This document shows positions 1 through 14,785 of a DNA stretch of 64,000 nt, piece by piece. Source of the stretch: Balanoglossus misakiensis (Eukaryota; Animalia; Hemichordata); assembly GCA_040954595.2 (NCBI GenBank), contig CM082597.2:4283244-4347243 (forward strand), written 5' to 3'. Position 1 is the stretch's first letter. The number at the start of each line of letters is the position of its first letter. Both the position numbers and the translations under genes were made by a program. The notes beneath the pieces are model-generated. The model was not told where the DNA came from. It ran no database searches and saw nothing but the letters and a program-made list of their open reading frames with translations.

Positions 1-254
1 CTTCCACACTTTAATCCCAGTCCTGACTTATACCAGGTTCACACACGGTAAAATTTGAGACACTTTGGTTCAGACCCATCAATTTTCCAATGGTCTGGGC
101 TGACCCATGTGTAGGTAAAAGAGGGGTGGAAGGATGGTTTGCAATACCCCTAAGAAGATGTGTTCATTCAACGGAGTGTTTGGGAAACCCTTCCAATCAA
201 ATAAAACCCAAACAAAACAAAACAAAACAAAACCCAAACAAAACAAACCCTTAC

Positions 255-3200
255 CTTTCGTGGACTTTTTGGTTCCTTATCACTGTCTTTTGGCAGAGCA
301 CTGAGAGATTGTGAGCGTCGCTTGCCACTGGACGGGCTGACAGGGACCATCAAATTACCAGTGAACCTGTGAAATAATGGTACGACCTTTGGTAAGTACA
401 GGCCTGCCCTTTCAAATAAAATGCCAAGCGCGCACACCTAGGGCACTCAATCCATACACATACAATACACTGTTTGTCCCAGAGGAATGCAATTGCATAT
501 TGAGTAGCAGACATACTCAAGAAAGTTAAAACTGTTGTAGTACAGTACTGTTATTTAACTAGATACATTGAGCCTAATTATAATTTTGTAACAAATGCAA
601 AATCACTGGACATATTTGGATCTCTATTCACATACAAATATCATGCATGCATAATTAATCAGGCACACATGTCGTCTCAATTTCTGTTTTTTTTTCCACC
701 TTCCTTTTCATGGGACACAGACTGTATAGTGTATGACCAATGGTTATTTTGCATAAACAACGTAACACAGACATCACAATGGTTGAATGCAACCCACATA
801 AAAATTTGATCAGTTGTGAATTATTAATCTCTGGGTTCACACTGCCCTGTCTGACACATTTCCTGCCTTCGCACAATACATGGTCTGATCCGTTTGCCTA
901 CAGGATACTCAAGAAAAGATTGCTTTCCGAGACGACTTCAAGAACCCTCTTGCTTTACTCAAGCACGTATCATTAGTGGATATCAATGTTATGTCATTTC
1001 ACTGTCCACCTATGTAAATTAAACTGTTACCATGGAAACTGTTACCATGGAAAATTGAAATATAGCCAATCAGAGATTGGCTCTACAGAGTATTGCCAAA
1101 CTTGTACGTACGTGTCCTTGTCAAGGTCAATGTCACTTTCACTTGCTCTGTAGTGTCGGTCCATCATGGCGGGAGGCTGGGTTGCCATGGCAGCCTGGAT
1201 ACCAGTAACCGACTCATCTGTGTTGGAAGATAAACGTTTGTGGTTTTGATAAGTTTATTCGCAAGCCAGGTCAAAATATGTGCAGTGTACGCAGACCATA
1301 AACATTAAGCAGCAATTTAAACTATGAATGGCTAATGGGAGTGATTGGTCCATCATGAATAATTTTCTCATAAATTAACATGTAAATTATAGTCGTCTCG
1401 CCCCGCCCATCATACCCACCTTGATTTTGATTCTGATTGGCCAGAGCTTGCTGATTGACAGGTGGCTGCTGCACTGTAAATGGTAAATGATTGGCCGGTG
1501 GCTGACCAGGTGTCAGTATGGGCACCAGACTGTGCCATGGAAACACTGCCAACGCGTTTGCTGTTGTCTGGTTCCACACTGCAAAAATTCAAAGTGAAGT
1601 GTGTTATGATTCATGCGCATTGATAATTCTGATCACCGACAACCAGTGTTTCATTCAGGATGTCATCAAGAGGGGGGATATGTCCCCCTTTGACAGAATA
1701 TTTGGGGGGATTCCACTCTGGCAAGGGGGGCTGTATTATCTCCAACATGTGAATGACAACATTCATGTTCCTGCCACTCATAGCCTTTCACCCCCATTTC
1801 GCAAAATATAGATCCAACTACACCACTGAAAGCAACGGGCTGAACCATAGCATTTGGCAAATAGGGTATGATTGACTTTTTTTACCTGACCCTGGTTTGC
1901 CATTTTCTTGTTTCTGTCCCGCACCGTCTGTTTTGCCAGTGTTGATCACAGGTAACAGGGCTGATGGCGTTGGATGATTTTGTGTCGACTGCTGATTCTG
2001 GCCTCCCTGGCCCGGTGCTGGTTGATTTCCCTGCTGTGGCTGCCCGATGAGCTGATTGGCTAGGATCACCCGGTCGGGTTGATTTTCACTCTCCTGGGGG
2101 GTCTGGGTCTGCGAGTCCATCGTGGACACTTTTTTCTCCTGCGCGACGTTCTGCTGTTCTAACTGGCTGTCTGTTGTTTGAATGTACTGTAAACCCGACC
2201 GTAAAACGTTTTTGTGCGTTTCCGCGTTCGCTTGCGATTCGACGACTTTGTGATTCCTCACCGCCGAGGGGTGGGGCCTCTCAACGGGGCTCGCGCGAGT
2301 CTCTTGCAAATTCTTCTGTGAGGGCGCCATCAGTGGCGGGACGAAGCCAGACTGCGACCTCTGACCCTGATCCTGCACCTGGGAAGCGCGAACTGTCCTC
2401 TCGGACGGCGCGAGCTGCTGTATATTTGTCGACGATGCCTGCCACGCCTGTTGTTGTTGCCGGGCGGCGACCGTCGGCGAGATGATGTTAGGCGGCGAAA
2501 TCACCTGCTGGCGCGAATAAGTCGGTGATATGGTCAACGCAGGGGTGGGGCTCCTCGTCTGACTGTGCATATCCACGCCAGAGTCATTACCGTCGCTGCT
2601 TTTATTCAAATCGGGCCGCGGCATGTTCTTCACGTGTTCCATTTTCGTCTTCAGCTTTGTGGGGCTGATCGGCGACGTGAAACTCAGATTCGTCTGGAAC
2701 GTCGGCGTGGTGCCCGACCCCGAGCTGTAGCGCTGACTGTTGGGCGAGATCATCTCGGTCGACGACCGCCCGGACTTGGGCGTGCTCGTGCTCCAGCGTC
2801 GCGTCGGCGTTCCCATGGGGACCCCCCTCTGCTGCGCGTGCGGGTACATGGAGATGGGACTGAAGGTGTTGACGCCCTTGAAGGTGAAGTGCGGCGACGG
2901 CGACTGCGAGAGGGAGCGCGGCGACATCGGCGTGGGGACCGGCGAGAAGCACGGCGTCCCCGACCGCGAGTTGCCTAGCGACACCAGCATGTTCGCAGCC
3001 TCCGTTTCGTCCATGTCGAACTTGGACGCGTCGATCGATGGCCTGGAATCTGCGGACAGTAAGACGAGAGAAAGAAACCATGAGTCTCCCAAACGGCAGA
3101 GAAACGAAACACTTTCAGGGCGCATAGACAAAAACAATACTGCAACCAGCCTGCATCTGCACACCAAATATCAAGGTTATACGCACAGCGGTTTTCAAGT

Positions 3201-6200
3201 TTTTGATGTGGACGGACATACATACATCCATCCATCCATCCATACATACAGACACAACCGATCCCATAAGGTCCCATGGTATAAACCAATGGGACCTAAA
3301 AAAAGTATTTCCTGTGTATCAATTCTGTAATGTAAGTCTGCTTTGAGTGGGTTAGCCCTGGGCTAGCCCAAGACAGCCCATCTCAGCTATCCAAGATCAC
3401 CCAACAGAAGATATCGATCTCAGATATCCAAAAATGACCCAATAAAATATGTCACCCTATCCCAAATAACCTCATCTGTGTGACCTGGCTTGAAAAATAA
3501 ACAAAAGTTGAGTAGACAAGATAATGCCAAAAAATAATTTCTTGATTAAAAGTTGACCTCCAGACAGCTATGGGTCAATCAATCTTACAAGGTCACCCAG
3601 GTCAGGTCACCCAAGTTACACTTTTCAACATCTTTGCGGTACCCATTTTATTCAAATTGCAACATACTGCCACAATCAGATGTCGATAAGGTGTTCATGT
3701 ATATCTATCAGTAAGCTTATTTTGATGTACTAATCCAAGTTGGAAAATAAAATCATGAAAATAATGCAAAAAGTGGCAGCTCTAGAGGCTGTAGAGTTAA
3801 AGTCACTTGCTTTTATATTATATAATCAAAGTTACCCCGTCTCGGGTGTGTGTGCGAGCAGTAATTCCAAACACTGTGTTAAACCTTATGAAACGTGGTA
3901 CATGCATGTAAGTATTACAGATCGCCTATATTTGACCAGTGCAATCTACGTGACCTCCGCTGTCGCTCGCAACAGCCAGGGGGCTGATGAGTCATTGTGA
4001 TTTGCCCAGATGGCTATCCAACCTTTAAGAGGTAAGTGTAGATTAGCAGAGTATCCAGGGACTCTTCACACTCAATCTCCGATTCCGACTAAATCCGCCA
4101 GAGACCAAGAAACATGGATCTTGATTGCTTGCAATCACAAACACTTTTATTGCACACATCCCATCTGTGCGAGTTGCACCCACGCCCGTTGTAACAAGTA
4201 ATGTTTTATTCAGTGCTGTTTTCGGCGGTAGCCTGTCAACAGTGTATTATTTTCACCAAAATGAAGTAGAAAATCATGAAAAATTCACTTGTTTATCCAA
4301 AAAGTGAATGCACTACATGTGATGAACAAAAATGTTATGCCTTCTTGCGACAATCTTTTACCAAAATGAAGAAGAAAATCATGAAAAATTAATGTTTTTC
4401 GAAAAAATGAATGCACGACACAATGTGAAATAAAATTGTGATCACCTGACCACTTCAGCAGTTGTTCTCTGGAACTACCACAGCTGAGACGTCAACAAAT
4501 AAACAAAAATAACAGTTTATTGACAAGAATTGAGTTAATCCCTAACAATATGGGCGACATCAAAGAAATTAAGCCACACCCAAATTGGGGTGGAGTTACT
4601 TCTAAGCTATTATTCGCTTGTATGCTAATCTCAATCACACAAGTCGGGGCTGTCAATGTTGGCTCTTAAATACAGTTGACAGTCACATGTCTAATTGGTG
4701 CAATGTGATTGGTTCCAACAAAAAGGTTTTGGAGCTGGCTAAAATGACACACAGCCTAGTCATCTTTTTGGGTGGAAGTATGGAGTGCCTACAAACGACA
4801 GTCTTCAAGACTTCCCACCCTTTCCAAGCAGCACTCAACATTTTCCGACTAGCCCCAGGGCGAAAAATTCACTGGTCTGTAAAATTGATCCAAACATGTG
4901 AACGCAATTACTTACGACTTAGACTCTAACTTGCGTTACCTCTGACATCTCTGAAGAAAAAAAATTGTGCGTGATTACTTTCCAATTTCTTGCAATTTTT
5001 CCATTCTTGAGATCATCTGCAGACATTTTGTGACCTTCAACAAAGCTGCATGTGGAATAGTCTGCTAACCTCTAGGCATATGGTGGACACTTTTTTTACT
5101 GGTTCATCGAGGAAAATCACTAGTCTTCCCACTGTATTTTTCTGGGGCAGTTATTTTGTCGTATATTCACAAAATCAGTTTTTTAATCATATATTCACAT
5201 ATTTGGTGATTATATATAAAAGTTGCACATCGTACATTTCTTTTTTTTTTAATTTTAAAATTTCAGTCAGTCAGAAGGCAAGAAAGGTCATGTGTAACTT
5301 TGATAAGCCTTTCAGTTCTGGGCAAATTATTAATCTTTCAGACAACTCTGAATTTTGGGGAAGTGACTCCAACCCATTCAATCACAAACACTGTACATAC
5401 CACAAGAAATAGCCCACATAACTAACACAAAAAACACACCTATTCCAGGAATTTTGCCCCGCCCCTCTTATTTCTTGGTTCTTTCTTTGTTATTAACCCT
5501 TCACCCCTGTTTCTCTCTATAGAAGTCCAATTTTACATTGAATTTGGACCAAACCATGGTGGTGAAAGGGTTAGGCACTTTAAGGGTTAAAGAACAACGC
5601 CCATCCAAGAGATCATTGAACGTGTACGTAAATCCAGAATTTCAGAACAACATGCGAACCGACGTGACTTTGAGAGCAAAATTTTGCCACCACCAAAATA
5701 ATACAGATTTATCAGTGCAGTGAAACGCAAGGCCAATGACGTGATACAGTGACCTACATCCCAACGTGCAATCGGGAAAAATTTACGAGTGGCGGCATAT
5801 GCCATGTGTGTGCGTGGTGTGTGTGTGTGAGTACTTAGGCTTCCATGCCATTCAGAGTGCTATCAAAACACACAGGGCACTGGACAAAGCTCAATTAGGG
5901 ATCCGAAACATTAAGTCGCGTTCATAAATTACATGTACTTGAAAACACTGAACTGGGAGTGTGACAGTGTGAAGTACTATCCCCATACACAACTGTTTCG
6001 TATAGGTTATTTATCATAATATAAACAGGTCATTGCCTTACTTTCGTGTCTTAAATCAGCTTGATATGAAAAAACCTGACTGACACATTTCATCTGCGCT
6101 CACGACCACCGTCAGAAAATGGTGGTCGAACTGATACTGTCCCCACAAATGCCCTGACTATGTAGCCATAGTAACGCCACATGTCTGCCTAATGAGGGTC

Positions 6201-9200
6201 TCAGAAGCCTGTACGTATGGATAGTAACCTAGACTCTTCACACACCCAGAAAGACACCCAGACAGATACACACATAGTTCATTCCCCTCTATCTATAAAA
6301 ACACACCCTGGTATTTCATTAACCCTTCATATTACTCTGTAACTATTCATAGGCATAACATTAGCTCAATTATCAATCAATGACGTACCAAACAGCAAAT
6401 TGAACGAATCATTCTTTTTATTATTCCTCTGAATGAATTCTAGAGGAAATGAAAATTTAATTCAAAACCATCCACGCTATTTGGCATGGGCTTCCTGGTT
6501 GCCATGGCAATCAATCTCCTTTACAAAATCTAGCAAGATTGCATTAATCATGTCGGTGGTCACACAGAAAAAAAATGCAGAAAGATCAGTTCCTGTGTTG
6601 AAGAATTCAATGACCCAGGTGCTTTGACAATTATTGGAATAATCAATATTTTTTTTCTACTTAAAATGTCAGTACTACTACTTATTGTGGTGTAATGGGG
6701 TCTATGTGTAGTGGTATGGGGATGCTGTTAACCCTATTAATGCCTTAATTTTTCCCGTCGAAATGTTTTTGCAATTTTTTTTAGTTTTTACACGTTTTTC
6801 TCAAATTTGTTCCTAAATTTTAGACCAAGTGGTCATAATTTTTCATTGGCTACAGGAGTCGTTCAAAATTTCAGAAAAATTCTGGAAAATGTTCTGAAGG
6901 ATAATTTTGTGACATTCGAAAAGGAAAGATGAGTTTGTGGAAAATCGACTGATAGAAACTGTATTGGCAGTTGCCCTACAATAACAACCACCAGCTGATC
7001 TATGAATGTAGTAACAATGCTAATGAGTTATCAGGCTTCATACAGTGGGTGGGCGTGGCTATGCAAATGATCCCATGCAAATGAGCATCATGATTAGCAT
7101 ATGGTATCTCCTGCCGGGTATGTTCAATGTGTGTCCACTTCTGTCCGCAGAGGCCCTACAAAACACTTACTCCAATGAAAATATCAAGGTTATGGGCGTG
7201 GCTATGCAAATAAGCATTCATTTGAATATATTTACATAGAAGATTCCAATCTACACTATTTGATAGCACTATCCATTTATAACAACAACGAATGCTGCCA
7301 CCATCAACAAGAGAACTGCAATATCAGCAATGTTATCTGTGGGTGTGGCTATGCAAATGAGCACAGCAAACAGAGATATTATGACAGGTACATGGTCATT
7401 CATAAACATAGAATTAACATAAACATGCTCTCAATTTACATTCAATAGAATCGTTGCTTGGTATCCAGCCAGCTGAGTAGTTATGCAAAGACATGCTCGG
7501 GGCATAGAGTGTTATTTATAAATTCTGTGAATTATTGCCAATACCTTGACATACATTATCATGCAAAGTATGAAATATTAGCATAAATTTGCATACTTTA
7601 GTACATTTGTAGATTGCATTCAAATTGTATACATACACGTTATCTCACTGATAAGAGAAAAAACGCGTATATGGGTGTGCCATAGGTCTACACATCTTTC
7701 ATTCTAAGTCACACCTCCACTGTCACAATTCTGTTATATTTTTAAAAAAATTCCGTTTTGAACCATATCACTGATTATCAGATAATAAATTTAATTTGAA
7801 CTGGGAACATAACAACTGGTGTAATAGTACAGTACGGTTGTGTGTGGGGGTTATCTAAATTTTACTGACAAAAAATACCAACCCACACTGTTCAAAGTCC
7901 TTTATATTTTTGTGTGTGACTACATTATGTTGTTGTGTTTTGCTCCAATGGAAAATCCCTGGGATATTCCAATATCTATAAACACAGACTTGTAAACACA
8001 CCAAGTGCCCTTATTGGTAATATTCGAAAATATTGAGCACACCCTGCCCTGCTAAGGCACTTGCCATTACATTGACCTCCATGTCAAAATAGGAACCAGC
8101 CACAATCTAAATGACAATTGAAATGTCACAAACAATTTTACATCTCGCCTTCCTCAGCTTGCTATCTCCACAGAACATTACTACAAGGAAAGCAGTCCCA
8201 CCCACATACATGTCCACCTTTTTGAAAATTCCCTTGCAAGTTGCAACTTTCCCCTTCCAATGGAAACACGAACTGCGACATTTGCCGGTCATGTGGGAAG
8301 GAGGGAAAACATCAATCCAACAGACCATATCCCCATTAACATCGCCACTCCAATGTGAAGCCCAGATATGAATAATCCCTCTAATGAAATATTTATTAAA
8401 CTTTGATGTGTGGGTGTTATGAAAAACACAAATGCCAGTTTTTTGATAATGTCATATGGTGACATGATATTATAAATATTTTGGTCATTCTGACAACTCT
8501 GCAGAATTATTAGGCTCTTCGGTAAAAAATGACAGAATATCGCTATCATTACAGAACCAGTAATGCATCTTTTTAACCTGGATTATTTTTCCTCAAAGTC
8601 ATAAGTTAAATACCTCCTCTTAATAATATATTTCAAGAAATATCACTGTGTCAAATTGTTGACATTTAGTTCTGCTGGGGAATCATTATTAAAATTTAGG
8701 TGTGTTGTAGTGCCAGACCTATTGTCGGAATTTAAATGCCATTTTCAACTCCATGCCTCTGGCTGATGACGTCACAGCTCAGAGTACATGCATGCATTTT
8801 ATCAGTGAAGAGAAATGTGCTGGGATAGTCTATGGTTTTTTTGTGTGGTTTTCATCAAACACGATCATATGAAGTCCACTGTACAAATGGCAGCCATATT
8901 CTGTGGGTCTGCCAAGTATGTATTAAAGGGACATTAGCTGTACCTTTGGCCCCATTTTCATTTTACATATAGGTTTAAAGGGACAATTCCTGTACATTTT
9001 GGTCTCAATTTCAGTATTTTTGTTCTACTGGTGTATCACCCATAGTATCATGTCCTAGATCTTTAAGTTCTTTAAAAGTGCACATCCCAGTTGAAGCTAC
9101 TTATATGTCACTACCCTATCAGATTTCGGGGGCTGAAAAAAAACCTGTCCAGTTCTCAGAACTATCAATGATGGATAAATTCCATGTTAGCTGGTTGTCC

Positions 9201-12200
9201 GATTTCAAAAATTCTGCTATAGCAGTGTCATGGGCGGTACCTATGTTCACCTTGGTATATCAAAGCACTCATACTAATCCTTTGACCACTGCATTTTTCC
9301 TGGTCAAAATGTGGGGGCAACAGTTCTTTCATTTTTATGCACGTTTCTCTAATTTTTTTCATAATTTTAGATAAAGTGGATGTATTTTTCCATTGTCTAC
9401 AGATCATGATCAAAATTTTGGAAAAAAAGTGAAAAAAGTGAGGGAATTAATTTTTGTGAAAAAGGACAACAAGCTGGCTTTGGCATTAAAATGGTTACCT
9501 GCAGGCTTCTCAAATCATTACCAATGTTCCCCAACACAAAAACACAGCTCAGCTTGATGATGTCAATGTCAAGTGTTGCACAACCCATGGCAACTTGAGA
9601 GACAGTTCAATATCGCGACAGCCCGGCTCTCCGTCAGTTGAGTTCCGTGGTAGCCATGGCAACACCTGCTGTGCGGTGACGTGCTGCATCTTGGCTCCAC
9701 AGAGGCTCATCTCACGATCAAGGCACATCACGATATCCGATGACACGCTCGCGGGCAAGCGATTTTCGAATACAGTGAACTTGAGAATGCCAGCAACACA
9801 TATGACAGGAATCAGTCCTATCATGTTGCACATAAGCAAACACTGACAAGTGACATAAAGTCACCTTCAGTGGCAGCGTCTTAACTTTTAATAAGGACTC
9901 AGAACACAGTTTCAAAACTTGAAAAAAGGAAGACAGTAGAATGAAGATGTCTCAAAATGAGGAATTTTTCATTGCCACTTTTTTTCACAATTAGATTATC
10001 CAATCCCCCCTAACAAGTTATGGACAGGCCATCGCTAATGAAATGAATGGTTATTAATTAAAGTAGCTGTAAATTGCTCCTTTGTGGTTAGAAAAATCTC
10101 AAACCAAGTTCTTCAACAAAACAGATTATAGTATTGCAAATTAATTTGACCATGTCATCCAACCACAACACACCCTGACCTGCATCAAGGCAATTTTTTT
10201 TCCTGTGAAATCAGTGGGTTTACTAAATGCCATCAATACACTTATAGTGATACCACTCCAAATTCTGAATTCATCACTGGTTCAAAAAAGCTTTCTATTT
10301 ATTTTGCACTGAAAATGCGGTAAAAAACCCTAAATTATCACAGCTTTTGTTCAACAGCTGACTAGGCCATATTTTCATTTCTCTTTTTCAGACATATAAT
10401 TTACTGATCTTTGCTTACATTATTCATTCACAATATTATCTGATCAACCACACATATGACATAATGATATGGTATGTACTTTAAAGCACATAACCTGCCG
10501 ACGGCAAGCCCCTCCCACCAGTAAGCTACGCACACCCACTCACAGAATAAACTAGTCTCCCGGTCCAGGCACATTTCTGCAACAGCCTAGTAATTATGCA
10601 TGCAAACGCCTGCCAATCCCTAACCTGGATTCTGTAATGCGGAACCGAATTTGAATATTACAATGAAAATATGCTAATGTGCACTAGAATGAGCGACATT
10701 ATCATATTAAAATGAGTGACCTGTGTACTCTATACTCCAGGCCATTGTAACACGGCGACTTTGCGTCAACAAAAGCAAGCCACAGTCAGCTGGCACTGAA
10801 ACAGTAGTCACCACCTCAGGCTTGACAAGCGATCACACCTCTGTCATCAAACATGTTCAAGATCATCCGATATGACCTCCGAAATATATTAAACTGCATA
10901 AATAGTACGAAAAAAAACATTTTGGATTTTTTATGCAAATGCGCTAAATCAATTTCAATTAGGCCAGGTATGCAAGCACGGATAACAGTATCCATTCATA
11001 CTGTGATTAAAACACACACACAGATGAATGTAGAAAGAGGCCAGGCTTTTGAAATTGAATGCATAGATTACAGGCGATATTATCTGTTACTTCATCGCCA
11101 AAATTGGACAGTACCAATCTGATAGAGAATGGGGAGATTTTCACGTCTACGAATTCCCTCTGAATATATACGTAGCCATAAAGTGCATTGGAAATAAAAA
11201 AAAACATCAATGACCTGGAGTTTTTTTTTCCAATTCTTCTGAATGGACCCGATGCAGTGCACTAAATTAATTTAACAATACTGTTCAATTGAATTCCACT
11301 GTTTTCACTGAATGCAGTTAAGCTAATTAAAACCTCCCACAGGATGTGAATGCAATATTCAAATGGCATAATCCTGGCTCCATAAAGCCAGACTAACTTG
11401 AACCCTGGATCATACCTTGTCATTTTCTGACCCGCCAATGCGACAGAGGCTATTAGACACAGTCTGGACAATCTGACTGTTTAAAGCGCGGCCTTTGAGG
11501 TCACTCAGGCCAGGTGTGTACCCCAGCTGCACAAAACCGCAGAGTGCAGACAGAAATTGAAAACACACCACACCACACTCAGAGTGACATGTACGCATGC
11601 ATACATATATCATGTATGTACATGTACATGTATACAATGTATATGTGTAATGTGTCTGTATGCATGCATATAATTATCATGTATGTATATGTGTGTGTCT
11701 CACTGTGTGTGTGTGTGTATTTATGTGTGCATCATACATACATGTGTGTAACCATGCTGGTTTGTTTACATGTACATGTATGTATGCATATACATGCAGG
11801 TATGTATGTATGTATCTATGTATGTAATTATGTATATATCTATGTATATATCTATGTATAATTTATGTATATGTATGTTTGCATGTATGATATACAGCTG
11901 TGACAGTGAAGCATTGTATTATGTGTGAGGGTGTGCATGTGTCTCTATCATGTTTGTGTACATCTACATACAATATGTGTGCGTGTGTGCTTAGCATATG
12001 TTCATATCATCAAATATGTTGCAAAATGGCCACATTGCAAATACAACATCATTACACGGCGTGCACATTGTGGGTGCATGTCAAATGATGTGTATCTGTC
12101 ACGACCATTTTGCAATATAAACATCACAGAAAAATCACTGACCTGTCCTGATGCTGGAGTCGCTCTGCGATGTTCCGGTGTCTTCCCACTCCAGCTCCTG

Positions 12201-13610
12201 GTCTTTGAGGAGGCCCTTCCGTCTCCCGGGGATGCCTCCGGGATCGTTGATGCGCTTGCCCTGCAGGGAGAGGTGCCGGGAGCAGTAGCCCCTCCGCTGC
12301 GACTCCTTGGTGCAGCCGTCCTTGGAGCAGAGCCGCCGCCACTGCTTGCCGTTGAACTTCTTGCGGATGCCGTTGGGCGCGCACACCACGTCGCCCTTCT
12401 TGTACTTGGGCTGCGGCGTGGTCGCCGGGGACACGGTGCTGCTGCTGCGCTCGGAGGAGACGGTGCTGCCGCGGCTGTTGGTCTCGCGCCGCTTGGCCGA
12501 CGGTCGCCGCTCTTTTCCCCGGCCGCGCTTGAACGGCGAGCCGGAGGACAGCGGGTGCGGGGAGACGGTCGCCGTGCTGCCCTCCGACTCGAAGCTGATG
12601 TGCTCCTTCTTCATCAGTTCGTCGTCGTCCGACTCCTCCGACAGCTCCGCCTTCTTGTCGTAGTCGTACCTCAGCTGCCGGACCGGCTGGGCCTGCGGCG
12701 CGTTCTCCGACTCCCACGGCGCGCGCAGGAGTCGCAAGTTCGGCCGGGGGACCCAGATGGACTCGGCCTCCTCTCCTGAACCGACTTCGTTCTTGTCGTT
12801 GTCCAGAGCAACGTGGTACGATAAAGGTCTCGAACTGATGTCCGTCACAATTCCTTCGCAAAACATATCCTCGTCTTGGCTAATCTTGGCGCAAACTCTC
12901 GTTCCCACGGCAACGCTTCCAGGCTGGGGTATGGTATCACTGATAATGTCTATACTATGGGTAGTCAACACATCATTGAAATAGGACAAATTTCTGTCCC
13001 CAGAAAAGAGAATTCCTAAATCTTTATTTTTCTTGTGTTGCTTGATGACGCCTGGCTGAAATGACCCCTCGCGTTTTGCAAGCACCTTATGACCTTTAAA
13101 CGTTTTGAAATCAACATTCATTTTCTTGGCGTTTGGGGGTCCGCTTGTTTCTCCCAGGGAGTTCCTCCTTTTCTGTGTTTTTGCATTCCCTTGGGTGAGG
13201 GGCGTTTTGTCAAATCCCCCCTCCATACCCGTGTCGAGACTTACTGAAGTAGTTAGGGTCCCTCTTTGCTCGGCCATGCTTTCTGGGTCAGAGTCTGTCT
13301 CCTCCGAATTTCCTTTCCTTTTCTTGTGGACTGGTCGCTGTTTTGCTGGTTTTTTACCCTGTCCTGGCGACCCCGCGTATCGGTCTGCAGAATCGGTGTG
13401 TTTGGGGGACATTTTCTGCGACGCCCGACCCTTCCTGGTTGCCACACTTCCGCTGTCTTCCGCCGCACTGTCATCGTCGCTGTTCACGCAGTCAGCTGGT
13501 CGCCGCTTCGTCTTCATTCTGCCCGAGTTTCCCGGCGTCGGGGAGTCATCCTTTCCGCTGTAAGGTGGCGATTTTTTGCTCCGTCGCGACTTCTCCAGTT
13601 TACGATTCAT
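255..13610 (-). CDS. CIC: Capicua transcriptional repressor, long isoform, N-terminal part (partial; the HMG-box exons lie beyond the left edge)
   Basis: Phase-consistent GT-AG exons: 13610-12143, 3049-1886, 1578-1420, 1217-1112, 366-255. Motifs recognised: [42 protein letters not shown] (CIC-L N1 region), [29 protein letters not shown] (ataxin-1-binding motif) and [12 protein letters not shown] (14-3-3 site just before the HMG box). Confidence 0.93.
1886..3049 (-). CDS. CIC: CIC second large coding exon
   Basis: Lies within ORF 1818..3167. Acceptor ccgcag|ATTCC and donor G|gtaaaa. Encodes [23 protein letters not shown]. Confidence 0.88.
12143..13610 (-). CDS. CIC: CIC first large coding exon (Tudor-like region and N1 motif)
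   Basis: Lies within ORF 12135..13748. Acceptor ttttag|G at 13623, ATG at 13610, donor G|gtcagt at 12143 (phase 1). Confidence 0.9.
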
Positions 13611-14639
13611 AATTTCCTTTGTCCTAAAAGATACAAGTCGCCACAAATAAATTAGGCACCTTAACGTATCCGCCGTGTCACTGGTCGCGTCACGCGACGA
13701 TGAATGAAATTCCCCACACAACTTCGCATGCATCGCGTGACAAACCAATTTTTTTTCGGCGCTTATAATATTTCACTTAACTCTCAAAACCACACTCGCT
13801 TGCTCCTGAGACAAAAATATAAACTTCGTCGTCACACTAGGCTGCCGAAAACGCCATAAAAGTCACGAGATTGTGAAATGCACGTATACGCATGAAGCAA
13901 AGAAGGGGTGTTGTCTTTCAAGCCAGCGGTAATTACTCAATTTCTGTATGCACGTAACAAAAACAGCCAGTCGCTCACTCGAGAAAATGGCTCCAATTCA
14001 CCGCTCACACTCATCAGATTTCCCCAACACCCCGGCAAAAGCCAAACAAGCCCCTCACAATTCACAATATATCGAAATCAGCCCAGCTATGGTGTCAAAT
14101 TTTCTCGATAACGGCGGCGAAACAACAAGGACATATACCACGCAGGGTAATATGTGATCTTGAAAAATGGCCAAAGAAAAATAAATTAAATACCCACATA
14201 CACGACGCTCAATGAAGTCAAATTGCATCCTAATTTCGGAAAATTTTGACATAATATATGTCCCTAAGGCCTCGATGGGTACTCAGGGTTCTTATATCTC
14301 ACTTAGCACCCCAATGCGTCGCTAAAAACGAGGAAACGACAAAGAGAACGTCGAATAGCATTGGTGTTATTTCGTCATCGTACAATGCGAGCAAAAAAAT
14401 CTGTCGACACACAAACACACAAAGCATCGTGATCGGCCAAAATACGCCAAAATTTTCAAGAAGCGCCGGTGTTTTACCTCAAAATCTACTCCCGAGACAC
14501 AGACCGCCCAGATGCATCAGGATGCAGCTCCAAATCGCCAAACTTATTCTTACTTTCCTCCAGAAATCGACAGATTGGGACAAATTCGGTGTTTTCTGTT
14601 GGCGATGCAATGAACACTAAAAAAGGTGAATGAGCAGAT

Positions 14640-14785
14640 GCCCTTGTAAAACGAGCAGCGTGATTGGCCGATTCCCTGTCACATGGTTAACCTCATTTTC
14701 ACTCTCATCGGTAATTGGTTAGTATTTTACTGACGTGGTCACGTGGAGTGTTTATTCAGTTTTTCTAGGACACGCCCCTCATTCC
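14640..14785 (-). promoter_or_regulatory. Probable CIC promoter region
   Basis: Two CCAAT boxes (gattgg and aattgg on +), TGACGTGG/CACGTG and a GC-box-like acgcccc. These lie upstream of candidate minus-strand donors (|gtaaga near 14553). The TSS is not known. Confidence 0.4.

Noticed and set aside
11925-12861. Long overlapping and antisense ORFs over CIC (likewise over gag and RING paralogue 4)
   Set aside because: Shadow ORFs of GC-rich coding exons.
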